From: Epiperipatus broadwayi
Taxonomy: Eukaryota > Animalia > Onychophora
Direction: 5' to 3'
Assembly: GCA_028023455.1 (NCBI GenBank)
Contig: JAQFVV010000003.1
Span: 4,588,001 to 4,652,000, forward strand
DNA: 64,000 bases
Below the pieces are notes generated by a model that was not told where the DNA came from, did no database searches, and saw only the letters and a list, made by a program, of their open reading frames with translations. A program made the position numbers and the translations under genes. Positions within the stretch are counted from its first letter, which is position 1, and each line of letters starts with the position of its first letter. Below are positions 1 through 13,900 of the stretch, piece by piece.

Positions 1-964
1 GCCAATTAAGCTCACCCAACTCACCAAGACAAATTGCCTCACTACCAAGAGTCACTTAGCCAATCTAGAGTTTGGTCAGATCACCATTGGAAAAATCACT
101 ACAACTATGAAGGCTTAAGTATTTATGCTAAATCTGATGTATTCAGTTAAATATTATCCATTTTGATAACATAAGGATCTGAACCTCTGATTATTAACAA
201 AACCACTTTTAGCAATATCTTAGACAGAAGAAACAAAGAGTTTTACCAGCAATCATTCTTACAATGCAATCAGATTCCATGTTTCCTCAAATAATACTTT
301 TGGAGCTAGGAGCATGTCACAGTTATTTTTCCTAACTTGCAATCAATCCAGAAACTTTAGCTTTTAAGTTAATCATTCTATTTGTATATTAAACTGTTCA
401 GGGCATAAACTTTAATGAGCTTTGATCGTTAGCACCAATTTAATTATTGTATATAAATCAAGTTTTTTTTTTTATCCTAAGGCAGGCTGAGATAATTAGA
501 AAATTGGATACTATTTAATAATTACTTATATAATTTACTATGACTTGCTCTATTTAACACAAATTATTCTCATATCTGAATAAAATTGCAAGGTTTAATT
601 ATTATGGAGCAAGAACAGCAGCAATTAATTTTTTAGCTTTTGAGTGAATTAAAAATATAACTAAGCAAGAGATGTAGCATTAAACATGTCAGATCATTAA
701 AGTTTATATATATTTAAAAAAAAGCTAAAATACTGTTTAGATGATGAAAATAAATGGTAAATAGTGATGATTTATTATTATGTTTTTGATTATTCTACTG
801 TTTTGACCAGTGGTTTCAAATTAAAGCAGTACCATTCTTTAAAAGTCATTAAATAATTTTGGAAGAAATTTAATATAATAAAAATTAAAATCACTACAAT
901 AAATTAGACAAACAATATAAAAAAAAAAGATAAATCATAGAAATGTATTATAATCATCAAAATG

Positions 965-1092
965 TAATTAGAGGGGATTTGAAGCCAGACTTTGAAGCTC
1001 CCTTCAGTCATCCATTCCACCTTATACAACTGATACACATGGCCATATGTGAAAAAGATAAATGATCTCCAATATGCGCATTTCATGCTGAA
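965..1092 (-). mobile_element. Truncated fragment of the hammerhead repeat family
   Basis: Minus strand CAGCAT-GAA-ATGCGCAT-A-TTGGAG; matches the 3' half of the HHR and the downstream unit sequence; CTGATGA half missing. Confidence 0.6.
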
Positions 1093-1254
1093 GTAAATGA
1101 TAAAATTTTAAATTTAATGTTATTGAAAATATTTTCTAAAATATTTATATTTTTTACAATTTTAATTCTAAAAAGGTTGTTAAAAATAGTTTTAACAACT
1201 ATTAAATTATGATTTCAACTACTTATATTAATAGAAACCAAAGATGCTTTAAAA

Positions 1255-1430
1255 AATCAAATAGGGAAAATACACTATACAAGGAAGATTAAGCAATTTT
1301 AACCATTTTACAGCTTAGCACTGCTTTCGAGTAGGCCGGTCATATGACTGATCTGATCGAGAATGGTAAGCTGTAAAATAGTTACAATTATTTAATCTTT
1401 CCTGTATATAGGACTTTTCCTATTTATTGA
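1255..1430. repeat. Small palindromic MITE
   Basis: TAACCATTTTACAGCTTA / TAAGCTGTAAAATAGTTA plus outer imperfect arms around a GC-richer spacer. Confidence 0.6.
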
Positions 1431-2211
1431 CTTACAAAAAAAATAAGAAAAGAAATAAAACCTATTGAGTTAAATATTTTAGATAATTATATATATGCAA
1501 AAACAGTGAATTTTTGCTAGATAAAATATATAATTACACAATATTTAAAAATATGAGTAGTATAAAAATAATAGATTTAGGAAGTAAAGAGTGGAATTTA
1601 TACATTAACCTAATTTAAATATGGCACAATCATTCTGAAATTACTATGGAATATATAAAAGATAAAGATAAAATCGTATTCTTCATAAAATTAATGAAAT
1701 ATCAGTTTGTAAATGTAAATACCAAACATACATAGCTTAATATATACAATTTAAAAGAAAGTAACAATTCTCCTGCAAACTATTGATAAATAATACTTCA
1801 ATAAATAAAAGTTTATAACCATTAAAAACTTAAAGACTAGATGGTCCATTCTTATTAGTTACTTCCATTTAAATTTTTTAAACATTAAGCTATATATAGC
1901 TATCTAATATTTATGCATGGGTATATAAAGTAAGAAAGCTTCAGAATATTAGCTTCATAATGACAAGTTTGACAGGAGATCACTAATTATAAACATGCGT
2001 ATAGTAGCGAACCACTTAAAATTAGATCTGGTAGTTTAATTTAGCCAAAAATTTATAGCTAAAATATCTTTATTTATGTCATCATCTTGTCCACAAATGC
2101 AAAATGATTTAGAAAAATTCAAAAAATGTCACACATATATTACACACATGGATATGTTGTTATACTTAAAATATTGCTCAATTAAACAACATAAATTACT
2201 ATGGGCAATAG

Positions 2212-2934
2212 TCCCTCAACTCTCCATGACATTTCATATTGCTGACCCACCTGATCACACACATGTTGAAAAGATAAATAGTCATCAATTTACATATTTC
2301 TTGCTAAACCATCAGTTGGTCCAGATTACCATCTCCACACATATATATGACATGAAGAATTGAGGGTCGTGTGAAAGTCTGAGTTGGGATCCCACATACA
2401 TATATATATATGCAGATTTAATCTTGTATAGTGTATTAATTTACATATTGAAACATATGTGTCAAAAGTCTGCCCATCACTCGCATATGTATGTAAAAAT
2501 GGATTATTCTCCTGCACCTGAGGGGTTAGAACAACTAAACATCAACATGGATAGGATGACAACCTTGGCACTAATGTGGACTTTGAATGGTCCATCAACA
2601 GATTTTCAATGAAATGGAAGGTTTTAGAGTTTTGGGTTGGAGTAGTTTGAAGCCTGTCCATTAAAGTATGAAGATTGGCTATCTTTATATAAAGCTGAGC
2701 ACTGATTGTATATATGTGTGGAGATGGTAATTTGGACCAACTGATGAGTGCTGGTTTAGCACGAAATATGTATGTTGATGATTATTTATCTTTTCAACAT
2801 GTGTGTGATCAGATGGATCAGCAATATGAGATGATATGGAGAGTTGAGGGTCGTGTGAAAGTCTGAGTTCAAATCTTGCATACATTACCTATATATATAT
2901 ATATATATATATATATAGCTTGTATAGTGTATTA
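2212..2934. mobile_element. Older copy of the hammerhead repeat family: inverted arm plus ~1.2 tandem units (period 484 bp)
   Basis: TGAGGGTCGTGTGAAAGTCTGAG at 2361 and 2845. The + strand HHR at 2736-2779 has a canonical G-C helix II (GTGCT/AGCAC) but G at the cleavage position. The - strand HHR at ~2283-2320 has a helix II deletion. TSD ATGGGCAATAG at 2201-11 and 2935-45. Confidence 0.78.
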
Positions 2935-5900
2935 ATGGGCAATAGAGTAATGGAAGTATTATAGAAGGCAATAGTAATAAGAAAGAGTTTAAGTGTTTTT
3001 CAATATAGATATATATTTTGTATCAAGATTTGAATACAGTGCAATACTTGTAGTTAACAAATCAATCTCATTTAAATTTATGTAATTGCTCTTGGTAAAA
3101 TAAAACTTTCAAACAAAAAATGTAATTGAATAGATTGATATTTTCTTAAAGATTGGTTATGTGAATTCTTTCAAACAATTGCATTTGACTCATTTAGTTT
3201 TGGACGAGAATAACTAGTTTGATAAAGAGTTCTGTGTTTTCTTAAAAAATAGAACAGTTACAGATTCTGAAAAGATACATGAAAAAAATTATAAAAGTTA
3301 TATATTTATTTCAAGCTGTGGAAATTTCTAGAAATATATAAACTTTTGAAAATTGTTATTTCTATTATTACAAATTAGATTAAAAAAAAAAAGTTGAAAA
3401 AAATTGCAACAATTATTTTAAAACTTTATTGTTATTCATTACCGTAAAAGATGCATTCAAAAATGATTTTATTAAAGAAATTGCTTTCAGTCAAAGATGG
3501 ATGTAGTTATTTAAAATTCAGTTTAGTGTAAAAAATCAAAAGTATATATATACTTTTTTTTTTTTACCAAACAAATAAAAGTATTGGAAAGGAAAGATAT
3601 GATTTATACATTATACAGATTTGATTTGATTTTTTATCATGACATTTGACTCTGTTATTCAAAAATGTTTGCTGCAGAACATGAACTTACTTACAGTATC
3701 TACATGTTGTAATAAAAAAATGTTAAGATTGATGATGGGAAGTACGACCATTTGAAATGAAAACTAGTATCAAATAATGATTGTAACTTTTTTTTATTAA
3801 TGTAATAGTGGTTTTTGGAATGATTTACAAGTGACTTCTTGAAGAAAACAACTTTTATATATTAAAATAAAACAAATGAAATTTGATCCATATAAATAAG
3901 AATTTAAGCCTATACTGAATTATGGTTAGTGATGTTGAGTTTCAGTACTGCCGATAAAGGAAGTATCCTTAAAACCAAATCTTGTATGTCATATTCAGAA
4001 TTTGGCTATTATATATCATCTTATACCTTAGTTAAATAAGGAACTAATAGAGAGCATTTATATATTGTTATTATACATATTAGCACAGAAATTCATACAT
4101 GGTAAATTGAAATCATCCAGAATTAATAATAATAAAATGCCAATCAAAGAACTTAAATTAAATTATAATAATAATGATAATAATAGAGCTAGCTTTTCAT
4201 ATATTTATCTTATTAAATGGCTAATTCAAATTTTTGACTTTTTATTTATGATGGTAGAAATATTAAGAGCTAGATTTAATATTATTATAATCCATGTTGT
4301 CAACTAGCATTTTATTCTGGGTGATTGTAATTTTTTTATTATGTATGTAAATATTATGATCACCCTATATATACTTATGTAATATGCAATATATATATAT
4401 ATTAAATGTAAAATTTTCATTTTTTAAAACTGTTTTACTAAATTTTAAATAACCGGAAATCTATTTAGAAGTGTAGCATATATTGATTAATTTTTGTTCT
4501 AGTATTTTATATAGTGCATAATTAAAAAAAAACATCTGCAGATATATTGTGTAAATTAAATGAAAATAGTAGAAACATGGATTATCTGTAATATATATAT
4601 ATATAATTCTTAAGGTTGTAGTCCAGTAGCATATATGCTGGTTGCATAAGATAGAAAACCAGATTCTATCATTAAACAAGATCGATTCTTATATTCAAAA
4701 ACTTTTATATATTTTTCTAAATGGATTCTCATTTGTAAATAGTATTAGATTGATGATAGTTGCTTTTGAATTAAATGTCAACATCTATCAAAATAAAAAT
4801 GTAGAGACCTTTAAGCATGGATTACATGATATCTTGTTTTTTTAAATCCATATATAAGTAAATAGATTCATATGATATATATATACTTAAAAAACAAAGT
4901 TGTTATATCACAATATTGTATTAACACATTGTTTTAAATTTAAATGGGTTTAACAGATCTATAAGTTTGATTAATATATAAATGTAATAGCAAGAGAGGA
5001 AAAGTCGAAAAATATTTAATGCAAAGTTTGATTTCTGCTCAGATAAATAAAAATGAAAAAAAAAAAAAAAGATTAAAAACAAAAAACAAAAGAAAGATAA
5101 GCTATGAGAATTTAAATGAAATATCCATTAATTTAGAAAACACTTGGAATTGAAAAAAGAATAAATGTTAAAAGAAAACATGAATTAGAGAGAATGTAGT
5201 TGTAATTGGAAAAATAATTAATAAGCTTAAATGAAAACTTTAAATAACTCATATTTCAAAACAAAATATATCACCAAAAGATTATAATATATATTGTATG
5301 GGATCCCTCTGATTTTGCTTTACTACATCATTTTATTTTAAATATCTTAACTTTATTTTATCTTAACCAGCTTACTTACTATATTTTTATTTTTAATATA
5401 TAATTTATCATGCTTAACAAGCAATACTTTATCTTTAACTTTATTAAGCTTTTGCTTTGACAAATTAAATTTATTATTATCAAGCTCAATACATATTTAT
5501 TCTTTATTATACTTCTTTTTCATTCTATTCATAATATCATTTAATAGGTTTATCAATTTTTTTAAAAATAACTTTTGGGCAACGTTGACAGTACTTGTAT
5601 TCATTTATTTTAACAGGCTATTATTTATTCTTGATAGATTGGTATTTTATTATCATCAGAATATTATTTATTCAATAATATTTTTTTTATTTATCATTTC
5701 ATTCTTTATTATAAGACCTCTCTTTTACTATCATTTACTTTATGTAATTATTTAATTATATCATTAATACTTATGGGAATGGACCAGTACTTCAAGCAGA
5801 GTGGAGAAATACCCATGGCCAGATTGAGGCTATATGAAGCATAACCATGACCACATTTCCAGACCATAACCCACCTTGACTGTTGGAACAAAAACTCTGC

Positions 5901-5959
5901 CATCTAAAGCATTTTATTTGTTTTGAGAATTAAACTCAGGTGGCAGACAACTATATAAG

Positions 5960-5960
<1 letters not shown>

Positions 5961-5995
<35 letters not shown>

Positions 5996-6031
5996 CATTA
6001 TGGATATATATATATATATATATATATATAT
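5961..6031. repeat. Interrupted (TA)n microsatellite
   Basis: Direct reading; other simple repeats at ~2891 (TA), ~7975 (GA), ~55600 (CA) and ~57330 (CA/TA). Confidence 0.9.
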
Positions 6032-7469
6032 CCAGCATGTTCAGATGACAGGCACATTAATCCAGTGCTTGAAATATCCCAAACTAACTCCTATTCTTAA
6101 TCAGGGGATCTAGCACATTTAACTCAACATACTAGATATTTATCTCTATAAAACAATGGTAACACAATGACAAGAGAGAGAATAGACCAAATAATAATTA
6201 AGCAAACATTAGAATTTATTCATGCACACACATATTTAATATAATATAACAGTATAAAATTTGCACAGAAAAAATGTAAATGATTAGTTTCAGGCTCAAT
6301 TTTATAATAGTTCATTAGAGTTTCTTTCATTTAAAAAAAGTGTCTAGACAATTATTGAAAATATACTTACCTAGGTTTTTCATGATATAGATGACAGAGC
6401 TCATTTAGTTTTGTTTTTCATTAGTGTTCTTTTCTAACTGGTTGGCTTTTTGGTCTTCATTGATGGTTTCAGGGCTTGTCTTCCAATCTTCAGCTTGACA
6501 ATTAAAGAGAGAGTAGTAGCTGCATCTATTTTATGACTTAAGAATTGGTTCCAGGTGAGGACAATTGATTTTGTGGAAGACTTAGGGCATGAAGCCCAGT
6601 TGAATACTTCTAAGGCTGTCTAGCAATGCATGTTGCTAGTTCTGTGGCTTCAGCATCAATGTCCACAGTAGTAATGACTGACTTGATACTGTACTTAAAT
6701 TTCCAAATATATGGATCTCTGACTGAATCTCTATGAATCTCAGAGTGAATCTCAAGAAAGAATATCAATCTCAATTTCTCAATGAAGAATGAAACGAATA
6801 TAACAATAGATAGCTATGACTTTTATACCTTTCCTCTCCCATTGTTTTTTCCTTATCATAGCTTTAATTTTTATCATAATTTAAATTTATTTTTAGATTT
6901 TCTTTAATCTAATCTTTTTTCTAGATTAATTATGCCAATAAGATAATTTACATAGTTTCTAATTAATCCAATTATCAATTTCAATTTCATTATCTGACAG
7001 AAATTTTACTGGCAATACAAAAGTTTACTTTCACTAATTAATTGATTAATCTATTTTATTTTATATTTTTCATTGATTTATTTTTAGACATTTTATTCTT
7101 TTAGCTTATAAAAAGGAGAGAGTGAGTTTTAAATCTCTATTTCTCCTGGTTCTTTTCCCTACCCACTCTTAAAAAATAGTTTTATTCTATTTTAAAGGAC
7201 CAATATAATGCAATCTTTTTATTTTACAAAATTACATTTTAAAATCTACTTCTTAACTAATTATTTCTTTAAATATTCTTTTCTTTCTCAATAAATTTGA
7301 TCATATATTTTTAAATTATAAAATATGTAATATGATATATATATATATTAGAACATATACCTCACTACCATTACAATATAAATATATTAAACAATCAAAT
7401 ACACCTGGGTCTCTTTTTACATGGATTTATTTAACATGATTTTGAAGTTACGCGATTCATGTTTCTTTG

Positions 7470-7568
7470 GAAGTCAAACTCCGATAATGTGCTATTACTT
7501 TAAATAATAAATTTCGTGTACTTATGTCATATTGAAAGTAATAGCACATTATTGGAATTCGACTTTCA
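7470..7568. repeat. Mini-foldback fragment of the ~325-bp family
   Basis: GTCAAACTCCGATAATGTGCTATTACTTT followed ~40 nt later by its approximate reverse complement; same sequence as the 58.9-60 kb units. Confidence 0.65.
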
Positions 7569-9019
7569 TCTTAGTAATTTCAATATTTTCAGTGCTCTAT
7601 AATAGTACGATTTTATGCAATAATGAAATTAAAATCATGGTTTCCACATTTTATGTATACACACATTTAATTTTACAAGATTATAATGTAAATTTGTTCA
7701 AACATTTATAAACTGAGGAAAATGTTCTGCACAATCTTTACCATATATGTAATTGAACACAACACCTGCTTCCAGTTCAGATACATTTCAAAGTTATATT
7801 TACTAAATTGACTTAAACTAAACATAAAATTCCTCTGTAGCATTATATGACTGTTAAGAAAGCTTAAATTGACATTTAGCAACAAGAAATGGAATACCTG
7901 TGAGCTTTCAGTCATACACCATAGTCTTAAAGATGATTAGGTTCAAAATTTAACACTTTAAAATTTAACTTGCCAGAGAGAGAGAGAGAGAGAGAGAGAA
8001 GATGAAAATGCTGAATGAGTTCAAAACAGACTAAGTTAAAACAACAAAAATGGTTTTTATAATATTTTTATTACCTCTTTTTTTAGCTATCAATTTCTTA
8101 TTAATAACCAATAAACAAAGACTGTTATATATATATTTTAAAAAAACTTAACTACAAGACAAGTCAATCAGTAAATGACATCATTTAATCGAGATATTTT
8201 CAAAATTACATGTGATTTAACAAACTTAGTTTGAAAATAAAATTAACAAAGTTTCTTATTAAATAAAAAATATATATACTACAAAAATAATTACATTATT
8301 TATGCATTTACTAATTGAATCTTTAGGATATTTATTTATTAAAGCTTACATTAATAAATATTTTATCCATTAGGGTTAACATTGAACTAATATTATAATT
8401 ATCTTTTTTTATGAGTTTGAATAATTCAAAATAAAATTACTCTTGTTAATTATAAAACAAGTTTTAGACCTCCATGTACACACACACACACACATGAATG
8501 GAGGAAATGAAGTTTTAAACTTTAATTTAACTTATTAATTACTTCTTAAATAACTACTTGTAATTTATTACAACTACAGAACCAACTTTTAAAGATATTA
8601 AACATTAAAAAATAACTATAATAAATTTTAAACTGAATTATAATATTAACTTTTATTTTACTATTTAAAACTTACAGACGCTAACTTTAAATTAACTTTA
8701 TATTCTTTACTCTCTCTTAAAATTTAACTATTATAATATTAAATTATTATTTTCTGGCACACATTTCAGTACAATAGTATTATTTTAATAATAATTGGAC
8801 TGTATCAAAAGAAATATAAACTAGTATACTTTTAATATCTATTTTGCATACAGGTAGCACTGAAGTGTTATATACAATAAAACTATTGTTTCTTTCACTC
8901 TTTTATTTACTAGCTAACTATTTTTTTCTAAAATCCAAGTAAATATAGAAAATTATTATGCTAAGATAGGCAATGGGAGCAATATGTTAAAACACTTGGT
9001 CACAGTATATATATACTTA

Positions 9020-9312
9020 CAATTCGACTGTCCTGCTATCTTCTTCAGAGCTATAATATAATGAACAAAATAAAATAAATACATAACTATATAAATAATA
9101 CCATAAAAATGTAATAATAAAAAACTAAAAAGTACATAAAATATATAACAAAACCTAATAAAACTGAAATAAATATTTATTTCAGTTTTATTTTAAGTTG
9201 TTTTTAATTTTTTATTGTTTACATTTTTTATGGTATTATTTATATAGTTATGTACTTTATTTTATTTATTATATCATAGCTCTGAAGAAGACTGCAGGAC
9301 AGTTGAAACATA
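9020..9312. repeat. Foldback/MITE-like palindrome (~145-bp arms, centre ~9176)
   Basis: GACTGTCCTGC..TCTTCTTCAGAGCTAT... mirrored by ...ATAGCTCTGAAGAAGA..GCAGGACAGT; centre AAATAAATATTTATTT. Confidence 0.75.
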
Positions 9313-10016
9313 GATGTATGTGTGTATATATATACAATAGAAAGTGTTTGCTAAAAATTGTTCAAATTCATTTGGATAAATTGGATTTATATCAGCTATT
9401 ATAGCAAAAAATAAAGAAAAAGGTGATTTTGGTAATATTTCTAGTTAAATTCTAATGGCTTAAAAGAAAATTCAATTCTATAATATCATTAATAAATAAA
9501 CATAAATTCATAAAAGAATTATAAAGAAAATGCTTTATTTCTAATTACCTTCTAGTAAAATAAATAAAGTTCAATTTATCTAGATGTGATTAGTATATAC
9601 TATTATGTTATCTAACTTCAGACTTAGTATCTAATATCTAAGTCTTATAATAGAACTCACCACCCTCCTACATAAAAAAAAAAGCAATTATTAATATAAA
9701 TGTTACACATCTGATCAAAAATTATTAAAAAACAAAACAAAAATAAAAATAAAGTAATAGCAGCTAAATATATTTTTTACTAATGAAAATCTGCTCACTT
9801 TCATGATAGAGATTTTTTTTAATTTTTAGAATAATATTGATATTATATTTCTTTTTGATATATGTATGCATATTCAGAATATATTGAAAAAACTTTAATA
9901 TTTTATAGGCACATCTTTTATATTTGCATTTATTTATAAATATTAGAAAAAAATTGTATCAAAAAGGTGCATATGCTTATAAATTGTCATTTATCTTAAA
10001 GTTTACATATATTATT

Positions 10017-10490
10017 ATAATAAAATCAAGTCATACATCATGTGACTTAACTTAATAAGCTTGTATTACAAATGTAATATAATGAGCATACTAATAGTTC
10101 TAAATAAACTTTTCTGGATCTGATTGAGAAAAAAACAAATCATCAGAAAAAAACAAATCATCAAAGTATTACCAGTTTCAAGCTAATGGCTCTCATCAGT
10201 GAGACACTAGAATATTCAGACACTAGATATAAAATATCAACTCAAGGCCAGCACTTATCTAATACTTAACTATTAAGTAGAAAATCTGAAAATTTCAGAC
10301 ATCTATATGTCTTTAAATCCAGATATCTAACTATATATATTAATAGACTTATCAACGGAATATCACAAAAGCCTCAAAAGCAAAGCTATAATAATAAAAT
10401 CAAGTCACACATCATGTGACTTAACTTAATAAGCTTGTATTACAAATGTAGTATAAAGAGCATGCTAATAGCTTTAAACAAGCTTTTCTA
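10017..10490. repeat. ~95-bp direct repeat with period ~374 bp enclosing a damaged hammerhead-like core
   Basis: ATAATAAAATCAAGTCA(T/C)ACATCATGTGACTTAACTTAATAAGCTTGTATTACAAATG twice; minus-strand CTGATGA-GAGC-CATTA-GCTT-GAAACTGGTA at 10170-10199. Confidence 0.6.
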
Positions 10491-12099
10491 ATAAATGCTG
10501 CAAGATAAAGTATTTAAAACCTCTATCTAGAGTTATCCCTATTCCCATACAGATATTTGATTAATTAAAAACATATTTTAAATTTGACTTTGAAAATGCT
10601 ATTGATAAAATTGAATTACTTTTTTTTAGTAGATAAAAATATTAATAATTATTATTGCTTCTGATTACAAAATTATCAATAAAATCATAATAAAAATTTA
10701 AGATCTAAATTTTTAAAATATATTATGCTAGCAAATTAAAACAGAAGTTTTATATGTATAATTTTTAGCATTAATCTTCTCTTTTTTTAATCAGCTGATC
10801 CATTTTCTTTTATTTATTTAATTTTCTCTTTTTCACCATATCTTTGATGAAACAGAGAGAGATATTTTGATTAACATTCTGTCCACTGTTAAAATATTTC
10901 TTTTGATTTTTAACTTAAAATATTTGAATAATTTTGTAGTCAAGAGAGAAAGAGAGACATTTTTTTTTCATTATGAAATATTGTTTCTCTTGAGAATTTC
11001 AGGCAATAAAAAATAGTTTTTGCTTTCATTTTGACAACTTTTAACAGAATATTATAATTTAAAAATATCAATTAATAATATTAATTATCTTCATATTAAT
11101 ACATCACAAAACAAAGTTAAATAATGGCTACTGCCTGTACTGAACTTAGTTAGTGTCTTTAATAATATTTGCCATATAACCAATAAATTTTACACATTAA
11201 TAACTTTCAGAAATATTTATCATCTTTTTAACTACTAATATTGATCTATTATTAATATTTTAAAATTTTTATAACTATTAAAAGTTTTATAATTATTCTG
11301 TTTTTACTATTATTCCACATTCACACATGCATTTTAGACCTATCTATGACTGCATTTCTATTAATAATTAGTATGAAGATTATAGTTTGATATGTTAAAA
11401 AAGTGTTATTTAAACATGTATACATTATAAGTGTGTTAAGAATTGACTATTTTAAATAATATTATTTTAATTCTATTTGTTATTGATTTTAATCATTTTC
11501 TTGACTATATATGCTAAATATTTTTATGGATTAACTAATATGTAAACCAAGAAAAAGATAGGAAATTTCAATGCAATGATTAGAGAAATATGTCCAGCAA
11601 TGATGTTGCTTAGTAACTACTAATTAAAATTGACAATCTCAAGCAGAATCACTTAATTGCTCTTTGTTTGAGTTGACTTAGAGATAAAAGGAGATTCTTT
11701 TTGCAGTACTTTGATTTACAAGTATCAAATTTTTTCCATTTACAACTTTGATACTAATCACTTCAGATAATATTATTAAATTAAAGAATATAAAAACATA
11801 GAATAACTTGATGTCATCTCCTATTTTTTCATAAGCAATATCTTTTTAAGATGTACTTAAAAGATAAAATGAAAAACAACTTTTAAATTGCTTGGTAAAG
11901 ACATCTCCATCAGCCCCTCATAGAAAAATAGCTAATGAGAATGCAATAATCACTAGATTTGCTTAATTATATGAGCAATTTTAAATTTCCATTCTTATTT
12001 TACTTTTTAATAAAAGTAGCTAGATGCCAATTTACTGTTTGTTATTGAATGGTTAGCTAAATTGGCTACCTAAAAGAAAAATCTTAATCCTATTTTAAA

Positions 12100-13900
12100 A
12101 AATGTTCAAGTTTACTTAGCATGCATTCAAAATCAAATCATATCGTGATCATTGTATTACTAGATCTTTTTATACTTGACATGTTTCTTATTACTGCAAA
12201 TACTTTTTATTAAGTCAGAAATTATTATATTTTTTAAATCTTGGATATAAAGATCAAATACATCTATCATCATCAATAGCCATTTACAATAATAGTGTGG
12301 CCATTCTAATTTCGAGAGAAAAAGACAAAAAAAATAGCAATAGTAATAATAATAAACTATATGGACAACATCATGAGTCCATATATTCTTAAAAAATTCC
12401 AATATTTTTTGAAACTAATATATCATCACTATATTTTCAAACTTTTCCAAATATCTCATCAAGACTTTTCATTTTTAAGATTGCCAAGTGTTGCTTTGAT
12501 TTCACTAAGCTGGATATTTTTATCCAAATCTTAATGAGAGCAAATAAAATGAATAAATCATTAAAAGTTATTATTTCAAGTATCATTCAAAAGTTGAGCA
12601 TACTCTCTCTATCAGTTTGAAATATCACTGTCATCAAGTGCCATTTTTGGATTTAATATTTTTGTGTTATCATTTTTTAAATCCATATATTATTTCCAAG
12701 TATAAAATAAATCTAAAATGATCACAATAAATATTATTTGCAGTTTTAGTTCAACAATCATTTTAAAGCTTTCTTTTCAGTTGTTGAATTTTTGCATTTA
12801 AATATCTATGTTAAGGTGGACATTTAATTATTCTGCCAAATAGAAAATGACTACTCATTTTTTAATCAAGTCACTAATAATATTATTGTTAGAAAACCAA
12901 TTGTATTTCTTTTTCAATGAATCCAAGAATAATTTAACTTGTATCCATAATACATTTCTTAAGGGGATTTCATGCCTCACTAGCATGACAATTATGCAAA
13001 TCCAAATTAGGCATTTTAATATTTAAAAACTTTGAAATATAGTATAAAGAATAGATAACTTTTAAAAAATAAATATCAGTTTTACGATTGGAGTAAGATT
13101 TATTATTAATGCAACTGTCACTTTAACATTATACCATACTAATCTATCATTTGTCCAACAGTCAGCACTTGTGTTTTTATAATATATTTTTATATTCTGG
13201 TTTTTAATTATAATTTGTTAAATGCTATTATTTTGAGTATGGATGCATCTATGTTCCTTTATAACCATTTTTCTACACAAATAAAGTGTTTATAATAGTC
13301 AATCAATGTGTTGTATAAAAATTCAATAATAGTAGAAACATCTGCGTTTACCATACCACAACCATTATTTTCAAAACTTTTTGTCAAAGTCTATTATTTG
13401 TATCAATATGTGCATTAAAGTCTCCATGAAGATAAATTTGATTTTTTAATGGAATAAAAATATTTTCCTTGAATTTTTTGAATCTAACATTAGAGTATGT
13501 AATGAAATGCCGCAGATATCACTGTGCAAGCCAAATTTTAATGGTATTAATCTTAATTTAGTATATAGTATTGAGGGAATGTAAGAACTGAATATACCAT
13601 GAGTTTATAGTGATTGTAATTATTATGCAAACTCCTTTCACTGTTGATATGCTCTTCCAAAAAAAAAAACAACAACTTGTAGCTATTTACCTATTCTATT
13701 AAACTTCCTGTCACTGGAAGATGAAATTCACTAAAAATAGCTATATCAATCTTAAATCTTGAGAGCTCCTTAGTCATCAGTGTTGATCTCCAATCCAGTG
13801 CTGAAAATTTTGTATCAAGTAAAATTGACATTTAATGTACTTATATTTAGAAAAAAGTTACATTAATAATCTGTACCTGTACTATTACCAGATGCTTCTC
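12100..13900 (-). mobile_element. Possible ancient LINE relic
   Basis: Fragmentary APE/linker-like peptides (KGVCIII..., IISDLIKSICSNKK); weak. Confidence 0.3.

Noticed and set aside
2076-2885. Similar short ORFs (HTHVEKINNHQYTYF...) recurring at 2.1, 2.7, 25.7, 32.4, 32.8 and 33.2 kb
   Set aside because: They are antisense translations of the non-coding hammerhead repeat unit; frames are not conserved between copies.
6040-6078. CAGATGA-C-AGGCAC...GTGCTT-GAAA hammerhead-like string
   Set aside because: Core mutated (CAGA), an extra base before helix II, and no helix I or III partner found.
6370-6700. GC-richer block ending at a minus-strand GTAAGT donor
   Set aside because: All frames have stops and no family is recognisable.
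11605-11617. RFX X-box-like GTTGCTTAGTAAC
   Set aside because: About one such match is expected by chance in 64 kb, and it is far from the TSSK start.
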